Assembly: GCA_028276785.1 (NCBI GenBank)
Contig: JAPYVP010000013.1
Coordinates: forward strand, 1-13,317
Direction of reading: 5' to 3'
From: Candidatus Nanopusillus sp.
GTDB lineage: Archaea; Nanobdellota; Nanobdellia; Nanobdellales; Nanobdellaceae
DNA: 13,317 nt
The notes beneath the pieces are model-generated. The model was not told the DNA's origin and searched no databases. It was given only the letters and a program-made list of their open reading frames with translations. Both the position numbers and the translations under genes were made by a program. Below, one piece after another: positions 1 through 7,329 of this stretch. Each line of letters begins with the position of its first letter. Position 1 is the first letter of the stretch.

Positions 1-220
1 TACTATTAATTAAATTAAATAATGTTATATTATTTACATAAGCAAAATTAGGACCAATATTTATTGTTCCGTTACATATTGCTATTTGTTGTTGGAATGG
101 AGATGGGGTGGGAATGCTTTGAGTATTTGTTATATTAATAACATACCATTCCTGAGAATATGCAAACTCCGAGATTAAAATAACCATTAATCCAAATATA
201 AATATCTTTAATAATTTCAT
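1..220 (-). CDS. 5' end of a gene for a secreted/surface protein (N-terminal signal peptide); it continues beyond the left edge of the window
   Basis: Hand translation of the minus strand from ATG (220..218) gives MKLLKIFIFGLMVILISEFAYSQEWYVINITNTQSIPTPSPFQQQIAICNGTINIGPNFAYVNNITLFNLINS, 73 codons with no stop up to the window edge. It has a Lys-containing n-region, a hydrophobic core and an AYS/Q cleavage-like site, plus three N-x-T sequons. A TTTATAAA box lies 21 nt upstream. It is absent from the ORF track, presumably because no stop codon lies inside the window. Confidence 0.5.
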   Translation of the reverse strand, partial: MKLLKIFIFGLMVILISEFAYSQEWYVINITNTQSIPTPSPFQQQIAICNGTINIGPNFAYVNNITLFNLINS

Positions 221-241
221 TTTTTATTATGATATTTTTTA

Positions 242-249
242 TTTATAAA
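242..249. promoter_or_regulatory. Palindromic TATA-box-like octamer TTTATAAA, apparently shared by two divergent genes
   Basis: This is the only strong TATA-like element in the 54-nt gap 221..274. It lies 21 nt from the minus-strand ATG (220) and 25 nt from the plus-strand ATG (275). This spacing fits a box centred about 26-29 nt upstream of a transcript that starts at or next to the start codon. Confidence 0.4.
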
Positions 250-274
250 ATTTATCATAAAGTACAATTTAAAA

Positions 275-1603
275 ATGGAAATTGAAATTTTTCCAATAGG
301 AGGATATTCATATATAGGAAAAAATATGAGTGCAATAAGAATTGATGATAAAATAATTATAATAGATATTGGAATAAATGTAGATAAAATATCTCAATTT
401 GGAGAAAGAGAAGATATAACAAATAAACCATTAAAAGAACTATATGATTTAGATATAATACCAGATGACTCAATTTTAGAAAATTATAAAGATAAAGTAA
501 AGGCAATAATATTAACACATGGGCATTTAGATCATATAGGAGCAGTAAACTTTATTGCACCAAAATATAATGTACCAATTTATGCATCCCCATATACAAT
601 TGAACTAATAAAACAACAAGAAAAAGAATATGGAATTATTTTACCAAATGATTTAAAGAAAATATCACCAAATTCTTCAATTAAAATTTCAGAGGATATT
701 TCAATTAATTTTATTAATATTACACATTCAATTCCACAATCATTAATGATTGATATTCAAACAAATAAAGGTCATATAATATTTTCAGGTGATTTTAAAT
801 TTGATAATTTTCCAATTATTGGTAAAAAACCAGATAAAGAAAAATTAAAGAAAATTGGAAAGGAAGGTGTTTTATTATTAATTTCTGAAACAACAAGGGC
901 AGATGAAAATTCGAAATCACAATCAGAAATTATTGAAAAATATATGTTATATGATGTATTAAATTCAATAGATACAAAGGGGATAATTATAACAACATTT
1001 TCATCCCATATTGCAAGGTTAAAATCAATAATTGATTTATCAAAAGAAATAAATAGAAAACCGATATTTATTGGAAGAAGTTTAGGAAAATATATTAGTG
1101 CAGCAGAAAATATTAATTTATATAATTTTTCTAAAGAGGCAGAAGTATATTTTGACGCTAAAGATTATAAAAAAGTTTTAGAAAAAGTTGAAAAAAATAA
1201 GGAAGAATATTTATTAATTGTTACCGGACATCAGGGAGAACCTGGTTCCGTTTTAGATAGAATAGCAAGAGGAGAATACAACTTTGATCTAAGTAATACA
1301 ACGGTAATATTTGCAAATAATGTAATCCCACATCCAATAAATGAAGCAAATAGAAAAATATTGGAAGAAAGATTAAAAAGAAGAAAGGCGGAAATAATAA
1401 AGGATGTACATGTATCAGGTCATGCAAAAAGCCAGGATCATATAATGTTATTAAAAATGCTAAATCCAGAATATATAATACCAAATCATGGAGATATAAA
1501 TAAAAAGGCATCATATTATAATATTGTATCAGATTATGGATATACCTTAGGAGAAGACGTATTTTTCTTAGAAGATTATCAGAGAAAAATATTTAATATA
1601 TAA
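275..1603 (+). CDS. rnj: Archaeal RNase J (beta-CASP family metallo-beta-lactamase ribonuclease)
   Basis: The 442-aa ORF has the N-terminal IGGYSYIGKNM (RNase J GG..EIGKNM-type signature) followed by IIIIDIG. It has the MBL motif 2 THGHLDHIG (HGHLDH at residues 82-87). The C-terminal VHVSGHA ... IIPNHGD resembles beta-CASP motifs B/C. The length matches archaeal RNase J (no KH domains as in aCPSF1). Confidence 0.85.
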   Translation: MEIEIFPIGGYSYIGKNMSAIRIDDKIIIIDIGINVDKISQFGEREDITNKPLKELYDLDIIPDDSILENYKDKVKAIILTHGHLDHIGAVNFIAPKYNVPIYASPYTIELIKQQEKEYGIILPNDLKKISPNSSIKISEDISINFINITHSIPQSLMIDIQTNKGHIIFSGDFKFDNFPIIGKKPDKEKLKKIGKEGVLLLISETTRADENSKSQSEIIEKYMLYDVLNSIDTKGIIITTFSSHIARLKSIIDLSKEINRKPIFIGRSLGKYISAAENINLYNFSKEAEVYFDAKDYKKVLEKVEKNKEEYLLIVTGHQGEPGSVLDRIARGEYNFDLSNTTVIFANNVIPHPINEANRKILEERLKRRKAEIIKDVHVSGHAKSQDHIMLLKMLNPEYIIPNHGDINKKASYYNIVSDYGYTLGEDVFFLEDYQRKIFNI

Positions 1604-1618
1604 AGTTAATATATTTTT

Positions 1619-2137
1619 ATGAAATCAATACATATTTACATTGAATATATTTTAATAATTCTATTATCTGTATTTACATTTTATTTTGTTTTTACATGGT
1701 GGAATAATAATAAAATATATGCAATAAATTTCTATAATCAAAATAAATTTCAATATGATTCAAAATATATAGAAAATGTATTACGTAATTTGCAAGATAG
1801 TTTATATTTTAATATAAATTTTAATTTAGATGGATACAACATATATTGTTTAAATAATTTAACATTAATTAAATCTAGCAATTTTTGTAAAACAACATTG
1901 AATAATCTAACGTATCAAGGAGAATTAATATATTCATATGGAAATTATTATGTGTATGATCCAAAGATGAATGGATATTATTTATTGGAGAATAATAACA
2001 ATATTACATTGTATGGGTGTTTTGAGAATTATTTATCATTAATAATATTGACAAATAATTGTACAGGAGTATGTTATGGAAATTGTAATTTAAATATAGT
2101 TAAAAATAAAACATTTATTTATTCAATAATAAAATGA
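1619..2137 (+). CDS. N-terminally membrane-anchored, Cys/Asn/Tyr-rich extracellular protein; possible pilin-like or accessory subunit of the downstream pilus machinery
   Basis: The 172-aa ORF has a single N-terminal hydrophobic segment (MKSIHIYIEYILIILLSVFTFYFVF). It has 6 Cys, including NCTGVCYGNC, and 5 N-x-S/T sequons, with few charged residues. It starts 15 nt after rnj and is ATGA-coupled to the next ORF, directly upstream of a FlaI-type ATPase. Confidence 0.45.
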   Translation: MKSIHIYIEYILIILLSVFTFYFVFTWWNNNKIYAINFYNQNKFQYDSKYIENVLRNLQDSLYFNINFNLDGYNIYCLNNLTLIKSSNFCKTTLNNLTYQGELIYSYGNYYVYDPKMNGYYLLENNNNITLYGCFENYLSLIILTNNCTGVCYGNCNLNIVKNKTFIYSIIK

Positions 2138-2373
2138 AAACACAACTATTGTTAGAACAAGTATTATTTATTCTTTTAGTTTTATTATTTATATCAGGTT
2201 CTTTAATATTTTATTATAATTATCTAAATAATTTGAATTATAGAAACTCATTAATAAAAAATCAAATATATAATTTAACATTAGAAGATGCAAAATTGAA
2301 TAACCAATCAAATTTATTATTTTATCAAGGTTATCACTATTTAGTTGGTACTATAATAATTAAAAATTCATAA
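2134..2373 (+). CDS. Small N-terminally anchored protein; possible minor pilin-like subunit
   Basis: The 79-aa ORF starts in an ATGA overlap with the preceding stop. Its N-terminus MKTQLLLEQVLFILLVLLFISGSLIF has a short basic leader, a Glu at position 8 and then a long hydrophobic helix. It has 2 sequons. It sits immediately upstream of the ATPase gene. Confidence 0.4.
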   Translation: MKTQLLLEQVLFILLVLLFISGSLIFYYNYLNNLNYRNSLIKNQIYNLTLEDAKLNNQSNLLFYQGYHYLVGTIIIKNS

Positions 2374-2388
2374 ATAGGTTAAAATTAT

Positions 2389-3936
2389 ATGAAAAGAATT
2401 ATTGCTGAAGATATACTAAAATATTTTAATAACGAAATAAAAAAGGAATCTTTTATACCAAATATAAAATTTGATATCGATAAATCACAAATTGATATAA
2501 TTTATCCACTAATTGGAAAACTTGCATATGCACATATTTATTATGATAATGTATCTGAAGAACTTGTATATGAATTATTAGAACCAGAAATATCAGATGA
2601 AGAGAGAATATTAATAGAAAAAATAAAACAATATATTTTAGATGAAATGTATAAAAATCCTGAAGAATTTCTAAATAAAAATAAAGAATATGTATTAATA
2701 AAAAAGTTAGAAGAATTTGTAAATAAGTATAAGATAAAAATAGATAGAGATTTATTCATAAAATATTATTATTATTTATGGAGAGATATGTTGGGATATG
2801 AAAAAATTCACCCATTATTTTATGACATATTTATTGAAGATATTTCGTGTGATGGATATGATATACCAATATACGTACACCATAATAAATTTGGAATATT
2901 AAAGACAAACATAATTTTATCAAGGGATGAGTTAGATAAATTTATAGTAAAATTAGCACAAAAGGCTGGAAAACATATATCATATGCAGAGCCAATTTTA
3001 GATACAACATTACCTGATGGATCAAGAGTAAATGCAACATATTCACAAGAAATTACTACGCATGGTCCAACATTTACAATAAGAAAATTCAAAAAGCAAA
3101 TGCTATCATTAGTAGATTTAATAAAATTAAATATGTTGGATTCTGAAACTGCTGCATATTTATGGACTCTGGTAGAATTTAGAGCAAATATATTAATTGC
3201 TGGTTCAACATCTTCTGGAAAAACAACATTATTAAATTCGATTGCACAATTTATACCACCAGAAGCGAAGGTAATATCCATTGAAGATACAAGAGAATTA
3301 CAATTATATCATGAAAATTGGATTCCTGCAACAACAAGAAAAGGTTTCTTTGTTGGGGATAAATACTATGGGGAAATTGATATGTATAAATTATTATCAG
3401 AATCTTTTAGACAGAATCCAGATTATGTAATTGTTGGAGAAGTAAGAGGGGAAGAAGCATATGTAATGTTCCAGGGAATGGCTTCTGGTCATTCCGCACT
3501 ATCAACCATACATACTGATAGCTGGAGGACATTAATAAGAAGACTAACAACACCACCAATTAATTTAACTCCAGATCATGTTGCATTATTAGATGCGGTA
3601 GTATTTACAATGAGGGCAAGAAACATTTCTCCCTCTGCTAGGAGAGTAAGGGAAATTGTTGAAGTAGGAAAATATTTAAATGGAAGGATAGAAAATGAAA
3701 CAGTTATAAAATGGAATTTTGAAGATGATACATTTGAAAAAAGAGATTTGGGAAAGTATACTGAAGAAACATTAAAATATAGAGCTGGATCAAATATAAG
3801 TTTTAAAGATTCAATAGAGGAGAAAAAACAAGTAATAGATTATTTAGTAAAAAAGAATATAAGAGAAAATAAGAAAATTGCTGAATATATAAAGCTATAT
3901 TATACTGATAAAGATTCCTTATTGAAGAAAATATGA
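2389..3936 (+). CDS. Type IV pilus/archaellum-family assembly ATPase (FlaI/ArlI-like, GspE/PilB/VirB11 superfamily)
   Basis: The 515-aa ORF has Walker A AGSTSSGKTTLLN, Asp box ISIEDTRELQL, Walker B PDYVIVGEVRGEEA and His box GHSALSTIHT. Its N-terminal region YPLIGKLAYAHIYYD...YELLEPEISDEE is typical of archaeal FlaI-like ATPases. An AGGT Shine-Dalgarno-like element lies about 10 nt upstream. Confidence 0.85.
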   Translation: MKRIIAEDILKYFNNEIKKESFIPNIKFDIDKSQIDIIYPLIGKLAYAHIYYDNVSEELVYELLEPEISDEERILIEKIKQYILDEMYKNPEEFLNKNKEYVLIKKLEEFVNKYKIKIDRDLFIKYYYYLWRDMLGYEKIHPLFYDIFIEDISCDGYDIPIYVHHNKFGILKTNIILSRDELDKFIVKLAQKAGKHISYAEPILDTTLPDGSRVNATYSQEITTHGPTFTIRKFKKQMLSLVDLIKLNMLDSETAAYLWTLVEFRANILIAGSTSSGKTTLLNSIAQFIPPEAKVISIEDTRELQLYHENWIPATTRKGFFVGDKYYGEIDMYKLLSESFRQNPDYVIVGEVRGEEAYVMFQGMASGHSALSTIHTDSWRTLIRRLTTPPINLTPDHVALLDAVVFTMRARNISPSARRVREIVEVGKYLNGRIENETVIKWNFEDDTFEKRDLGKYTEETLKYRAGSNISFKDSIEEKKQVIDYLVKKNIRENKKIAEYIKLYYTDKDSLLKKI

Positions 3937-4766
3937 ACTTTTTAGTAAAAAAACTATATCCATATTTTAAGGATAAAAAATATGATATATTTTATACACA
4001 ATTTAAAACTTCTATTGAAGATTATATAAAAGCAACATTAAAATATTCTTTCTTAACATTTATTTTATCCTTTATATCTTTGTCTTTGATATTTATCCTC
4101 TACCTAAATTTCTATAATATAGTACTATTTTCTATAAGTATTTTATTTGGAATTATTGTTGGCTTTTTAACATTTATTTATTTTTATATTTATCCAACAT
4201 TAGCAAAGGCGGACTATATAAAAGATATAGAAGATAATTTACCATTTTTTGCATTATACTTTTATTCATATTCAGGTTCCCAAATGAATATAATAAATAT
4301 ATTTAAATTGTTAAATAGAGAAAAAAGATTCGGAGCAATAAATAAAGAAATTTCATATTTATTAATATTGATTGACAATTTTGGATATGATATTTTATCT
4401 GCACTATTAGAACTAGCTCAAAAAACACCTTCAGAAAAATTCAAAGAATTTTTATATGGATTAATATCAGTAATTAGATCTGGAGGTTCTTTAAAGGATT
4501 TCGCAAGAATATATGCAAAACAAAATTTAGAAGAATATGAATTACAATTAAAGGAATATAATGAAAAGGTTAATTTATGGGTAACATTATATGCATTTTT
4601 CTTTATAACATTTCCAATGATATTATTAATTTTAGCATTCCTGTTTTCAATTGCATCTGGAAATGTAAATATTCTAAATTCATTATTATTTTTCTTTATT
4701 GTAATTATTCCATTTTCATATATTACATATTTATATATGATACATATATATCAACCAAAGATTTAG
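3933..4766 (+). CDS. FlaJ/TadC-type pilus platform membrane protein with a single T2SSF-like cytoplasmic domain (half the usual length)
   Basis: The 277-aa ORF starts in an ATGA overlap with the ATPase stop. It has two N-terminal TM helices. These are followed by a soluble stretch of about 110 aa (LPFFALYFYSYSGSQMNIINIFKLL...LELAQKTPSEKFKEFLYGLISVIRSGGSLKDF) resembling the T2SSF/FlaJ cytoplasmic domain. Two C-terminal TM helices follow. Gene order ATPase-platform is canonical. Confidence 0.6.
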   Translation: MNFLVKKLYPYFKDKKYDIFYTQFKTSIEDYIKATLKYSFLTFILSFISLSLIFILYLNFYNIVLFSISILFGIIVGFLTFIYFYIYPTLAKADYIKDIEDNLPFFALYFYSYSGSQMNIINIFKLLNREKRFGAINKEISYLLILIDNFGYDILSALLELAQKTPSEKFKEFLYGLISVIRSGGSLKDFARIYAKQNLEEYELQLKEYNEKVNLWVTLYAFFFITFPMILLILAFLFSIASGNVNILNSLLFFFIVIIPFSYITYLYMIHIYQPKI

Positions 4767-4933
4767 AAATTAACAAATCCTTTCTTCACTAAATCAATTG
4801 CTTCCTTTTTTAATTTTCTAAAACAAGATATATGAAAAATCATCTTTTCTCCATTAAAATTTATTATTTTATATTTTTCATCATCATATACCGGTCTATT
4901 ACAATATTTACATTCACCAATTCTATTTCCCAT
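4763..4933 (-). CDS. Small (56 aa) C2HC zinc-finger/zinc-ribbon-like protein, not present in the ORF track
   Basis: Hand translation of the minus strand gives MGNRIGECKYCNRPVYDDEKYKIINFNGEKMIFHISCFRKLKKEAIDLVKKGFVNF*, with the pattern C-x2-C-x22-H-x2-C and a basic C-terminal helix. It fills an otherwise unexplained 198-nt gap. A TTTATATA box (minus strand, 4954..4961) lies 20 nt upstream of the ATG. Its TAA stop overlaps the convergent FlaJ-like stop by 4 nt. It is shorter than the smallest ORF listed in the track (61 aa). Confidence 0.5.
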   Translation of the reverse strand: MGNRIGECKYCNRPVYDDEKYKIINFNGEKMIFHISCFRKLKKEAIDLVKKGFVNF

Positions 4934-4953
4934 AAAAAATAATTTATATTTAT

Positions 4954-4961
4954 TATATAAA
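4954..4961 (-). promoter_or_regulatory. TATA-box-like TTTATATA (minus-strand reading) for the small zinc-finger ORF
   Basis: The reverse complement of tatataaa at 4954..4961 is TTTATATA. It lies 20 nt upstream of the ATG at 4933, within the 31-nt gap after the EF-2 stop. Confidence 0.35.
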
Positions 4962-4964
4962 AAT

Positions 4965-7169
4965 TTAGTGAACCCCTTCTGGTATTCCCTTTCTTTTTCT
5001 TATAGAATCTATTATTTGCTGTTGTAAATCTTTTGGGACTTTTTCATATACCTGATCTTCTAAGAACCAAACACCCCTTCCAGATGTTGCAGATCTCAAT
5101 TCATCTGTAAATCCAAATATATTTGCTACAGGTACTTTTGCCTTAACCATTGCCCTTTCTTCTTCAATATTCATTTCCAATATTTGTCCTCTTCTTGATT
5201 GTAATATAGATGTTACATCTCCAACAGTTTCTGGAGGGGTATCAATTCTTATAACCTGTAATGGTTCATATAATGTTGGTTGTTCAAGAATAGCACTTTT
5301 AATTGCATCTTTTGTTGCTGGAATTATTTGAGCAGGACCTCTATGTATCGCATCTTCATGCAATACTGCATCAATTAATTTAACTTTCATCATTATACAA
5401 GGTTCCCAGGCTAATGGACCCTGATTCATTACTTCCTTAAATCCTTCTACTATATATTCTATTACTTCTGGTAAATGAACAATACCTCTTGTCATATCAA
5501 TCAATACATTCCCATTTTGTACCATTATAATCCTCCTAGCTTCTTCTTTATCAAATCCAATTTCATTAAATACTTTCCATAAATCTTCCTTTTTAATCCT
5601 CCCTTCAGGTATTTTTCCTTCCCTAATATATTCCCTCATTTTTTCATATATTTCATATGGTAAAGGTTCAATTTGTATATATATTTTATTATGTTTATTT
5701 GGAGATTTTCCTTCATATACTTGTGTAACTCCATTAACAGATTCTCTATAAATTACTATTGGATTTCCAACCTTTACAGGTATTCCAAAATCATTTTGTA
5801 CTCTATATTCTATTATTTGTAAATGTAAATCTCCTAAACCAGATACTAAAATTTCTCCAGTATCTCTTTTCTGTTCAACTTTCATTGTTGGATCTTCTCT
5901 TGTTAATAGATCTAATGTTTCAATTAATTTTGGTAAATCGTTTGGATTCTTTGGTTCAAAAGATTTTACAACTACAGGATCTAACCAATGTTTCATTTCT
6001 TCAAATGTTTCAACACTTTTTGGATCTTGAACCTTTCCAACAATTGTTTCTCCCGGATACAATCCTTTTATTCCAACTAAAGCAATTATATTACCAGCCT
6101 TTGCAGAATCTACGTTTATTCTTTGTATTCCCTTCCATATAGCAACCTGTTGTATTTTTATTTGTCTTCCAGCTTGAATTAAATATACATCATCACCTTT
6201 CGATAATGTACCAGAAAATATTCTTGCAGTTGCAATCTCCTGTTTTGATACCTTATCAATTATTACGTTTGTTACATTTATTACTATTGGTCCATTTGAA
6301 TCTAAATTTAACATTGCTTTTCCAACATCTGAATTTATATCCCCCCTCCATATATGAGGAATTCTATATTTTTGTGCTTCAACTGGAGAAGGTAAATGCT
6401 TTATAACCATATCTAATACAACTTTTGCAACAGGTGCCTTTTTTCTCATCTCTTCCTTTAATTTTTCTTTATCTTCTAAAAATTGATTATATATTTCAAT
6501 TATATCTTTAAATGAAACATTATATTTTTTCATAAAAGGTACTGACAATGCCCAATGGAATTTTGCAGATCCAAATGCAACAGATCCATCATTTACATTT
6601 ACATTCCATTTTCCTTTAAATTCTGGAGGAGAGTATTTATCAATTAATCTATTTATTTCAATAACTATTTTTCCAATTCTTTCCATAATTTGTTGTGGGG
6701 ATAATTTTAATTCTGTAATTGCTCTATCAGTTTTATTTATAAATAATACTGGTTTTACATATTCTTTCAATGCAGTCCTTAATACAGTTTCTGTTTGTGG
6801 CATTATTCCATCAACAAAATCTACTACAACAATTGCACCATCAATAGCTCTAGTAGCTCTGGTAACCTGTCCTGAAAATTCTACGTGTCCTGGGGTATCT
6901 ATTAAATTTATCAAATAATCCTGATTTTCATAATTATGGACCATTGAAACTGCTGCTCCGTATACTGTCATTTCTCTTTCTCTTTCAGTTTCGTGCCACC
7001 ATGTAAACATTGCCTCACCCGCAAGTTCCTCAGCCAACATTCCTGCGCCAGCTAATAAAGAATCTGTCAATGTTGTCTTTCCATGGTGTATGTGTGCAAT
7101 TATACCTATATTCCTTATATTATTTGGATTATTCATAACTTTCAATATTCTTTCAGTTAAACTTGCCAT
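4965..7169 (-). CDS. fusA: Translation elongation factor 2 (aEF-2)
   Basis: The 734-aa ORF has G1 GIIAHIHHGKTTL, G3 DTPGHVEF and G4 NKTDR. It has the diphthamide loop LHEDAIHRGPAQIIPA, with the modified His conserved. Domain order and length are typical of archaeal EF-2. Confidence 0.95.
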   Translation of the reverse strand: MASLTERILKVMNNPNNIRNIGIIAHIHHGKTTLTDSLLAGAGMLAEELAGEAMFTWWHETEREREMTVYGAAVSMVHNYENQDYLINLIDTPGHVEFSGQVTRATRAIDGAIVVVDFVDGIMPQTETVLRTALKEYVKPVLFINKTDRAITELKLSPQQIMERIGKIVIEINRLIDKYSPPEFKGKWNVNVNDGSVAFGSAKFHWALSVPFMKKYNVSFKDIIEIYNQFLEDKEKLKEEMRKKAPVAKVVLDMVIKHLPSPVEAQKYRIPHIWRGDINSDVGKAMLNLDSNGPIVINVTNVIIDKVSKQEIATARIFSGTLSKGDDVYLIQAGRQIKIQQVAIWKGIQRINVDSAKAGNIIALVGIKGLYPGETIVGKVQDPKSVETFEEMKHWLDPVVVKSFEPKNPNDLPKLIETLDLLTREDPTMKVEQKRDTGEILVSGLGDLHLQIIEYRVQNDFGIPVKVGNPIVIYRESVNGVTQVYEGKSPNKHNKIYIQIEPLPYEIYEKMREYIREGKIPEGRIKKEDLWKVFNEIGFDKEEARRIIMVQNGNVLIDMTRGIVHLPEVIEYIVEGFKEVMNQGPLAWEPCIMMKVKLIDAVLHEDAIHRGPAQIIPATKDAIKSAILEQPTLYEPLQVIRIDTPPETVGDVTSILQSRRGQILEMNIEEERAMVKAKVPVANIFGFTDELRSATSGRGVWFLEDQVYEKVPKDLQQQIIDSIRKRKGIPEGVH

Positions 7170-7191
7170 TATAATAAAATGGGAAATAATA

Positions 7192-7199
7192 TTTTAAAA
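7192..7199 (-). promoter_or_regulatory. TATA-box-like palindromic octamer TTTTAAAA upstream of EF-2
   Basis: It lies 22 nt upstream of the EF-2 ATG (7169). This is the same spacing as the other boxes in this window. No Shine-Dalgarno-like sequence lies in between. Confidence 0.35.
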
Positions 7200-7329
7200 G
7201 ATGCTTATTAAGTATATAAGCTTAAAAATATAAGTCCATTTATTATGATACTTATTGAACTAACAATCCTATATCTACCATAAAGACTTTGATTATAAAG
7301 TATTTAAAATTTTATTTAAACATTTAGTT

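Noticed and set aside
1221-1514. A minus-strand 97-aa ORF lies inside rnj. Similar cases are 8801-9064 inside the GATase gene, 4577-4792 overlapping the FlaJ-like 3' end, 12791-13003 and 13000-13194 antisense to the ferredoxins, and 11683-12132 antisense across the NFACT-R/Cas4-like junction.
   Set aside because: Each is fully or largely contained in a better-supported gene on the other strand or in another frame. Each encodes hydrophobic, low-complexity sequence without motifs, and none has a TATA box at the 20-25 nt spacing seen for the real genes.
2541-3281. Minus-strand ORFs 2541-2759 and 2820-3281 (153 aa) lie antisense to the FlaI-type ATPase.
   Set aside because: They overlap a strongly supported ATPase gene, including its Walker A region. 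The translations are Ser/Asn/Ile-rich with no recognisable domain and no promoter-like spacing. I treat them as shadow ORFs.
3933-4766. The FlaJ-like gene as a truncated pseudogene.
   Set aside because: The ORF is intact and has a balanced 2 TM - domain - 2 TM topology. It is translationally coupled to the ATPase, and there are no remnants of a second repeat downstream, where the space is occupied by a convergent ORF. I kept it as a functional half-size gene and flagged it as a finding instead.
5759-6406. Plus-strand ORFs 5759-6142 and 6206-6406 lie antisense to EF-2.
   Set aside because: They lie inside a highly conserved gene. The translations are Leu/Gln/Phe-rich and low-complexity. I treat them as shadow ORFs.
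7203-7221. A short inverted repeat GCTTAT-N7-ATAAGC in the EF-2 / Cys-rich-protein divergent region.
   Set aside because: It is a 6-bp AT-rich stem in a 160-nt AT-rich promoter region. It is easily expected by chance, there is no second copy in the window and no associated G+C enrichment. It could be an operator, but I cannot support that.
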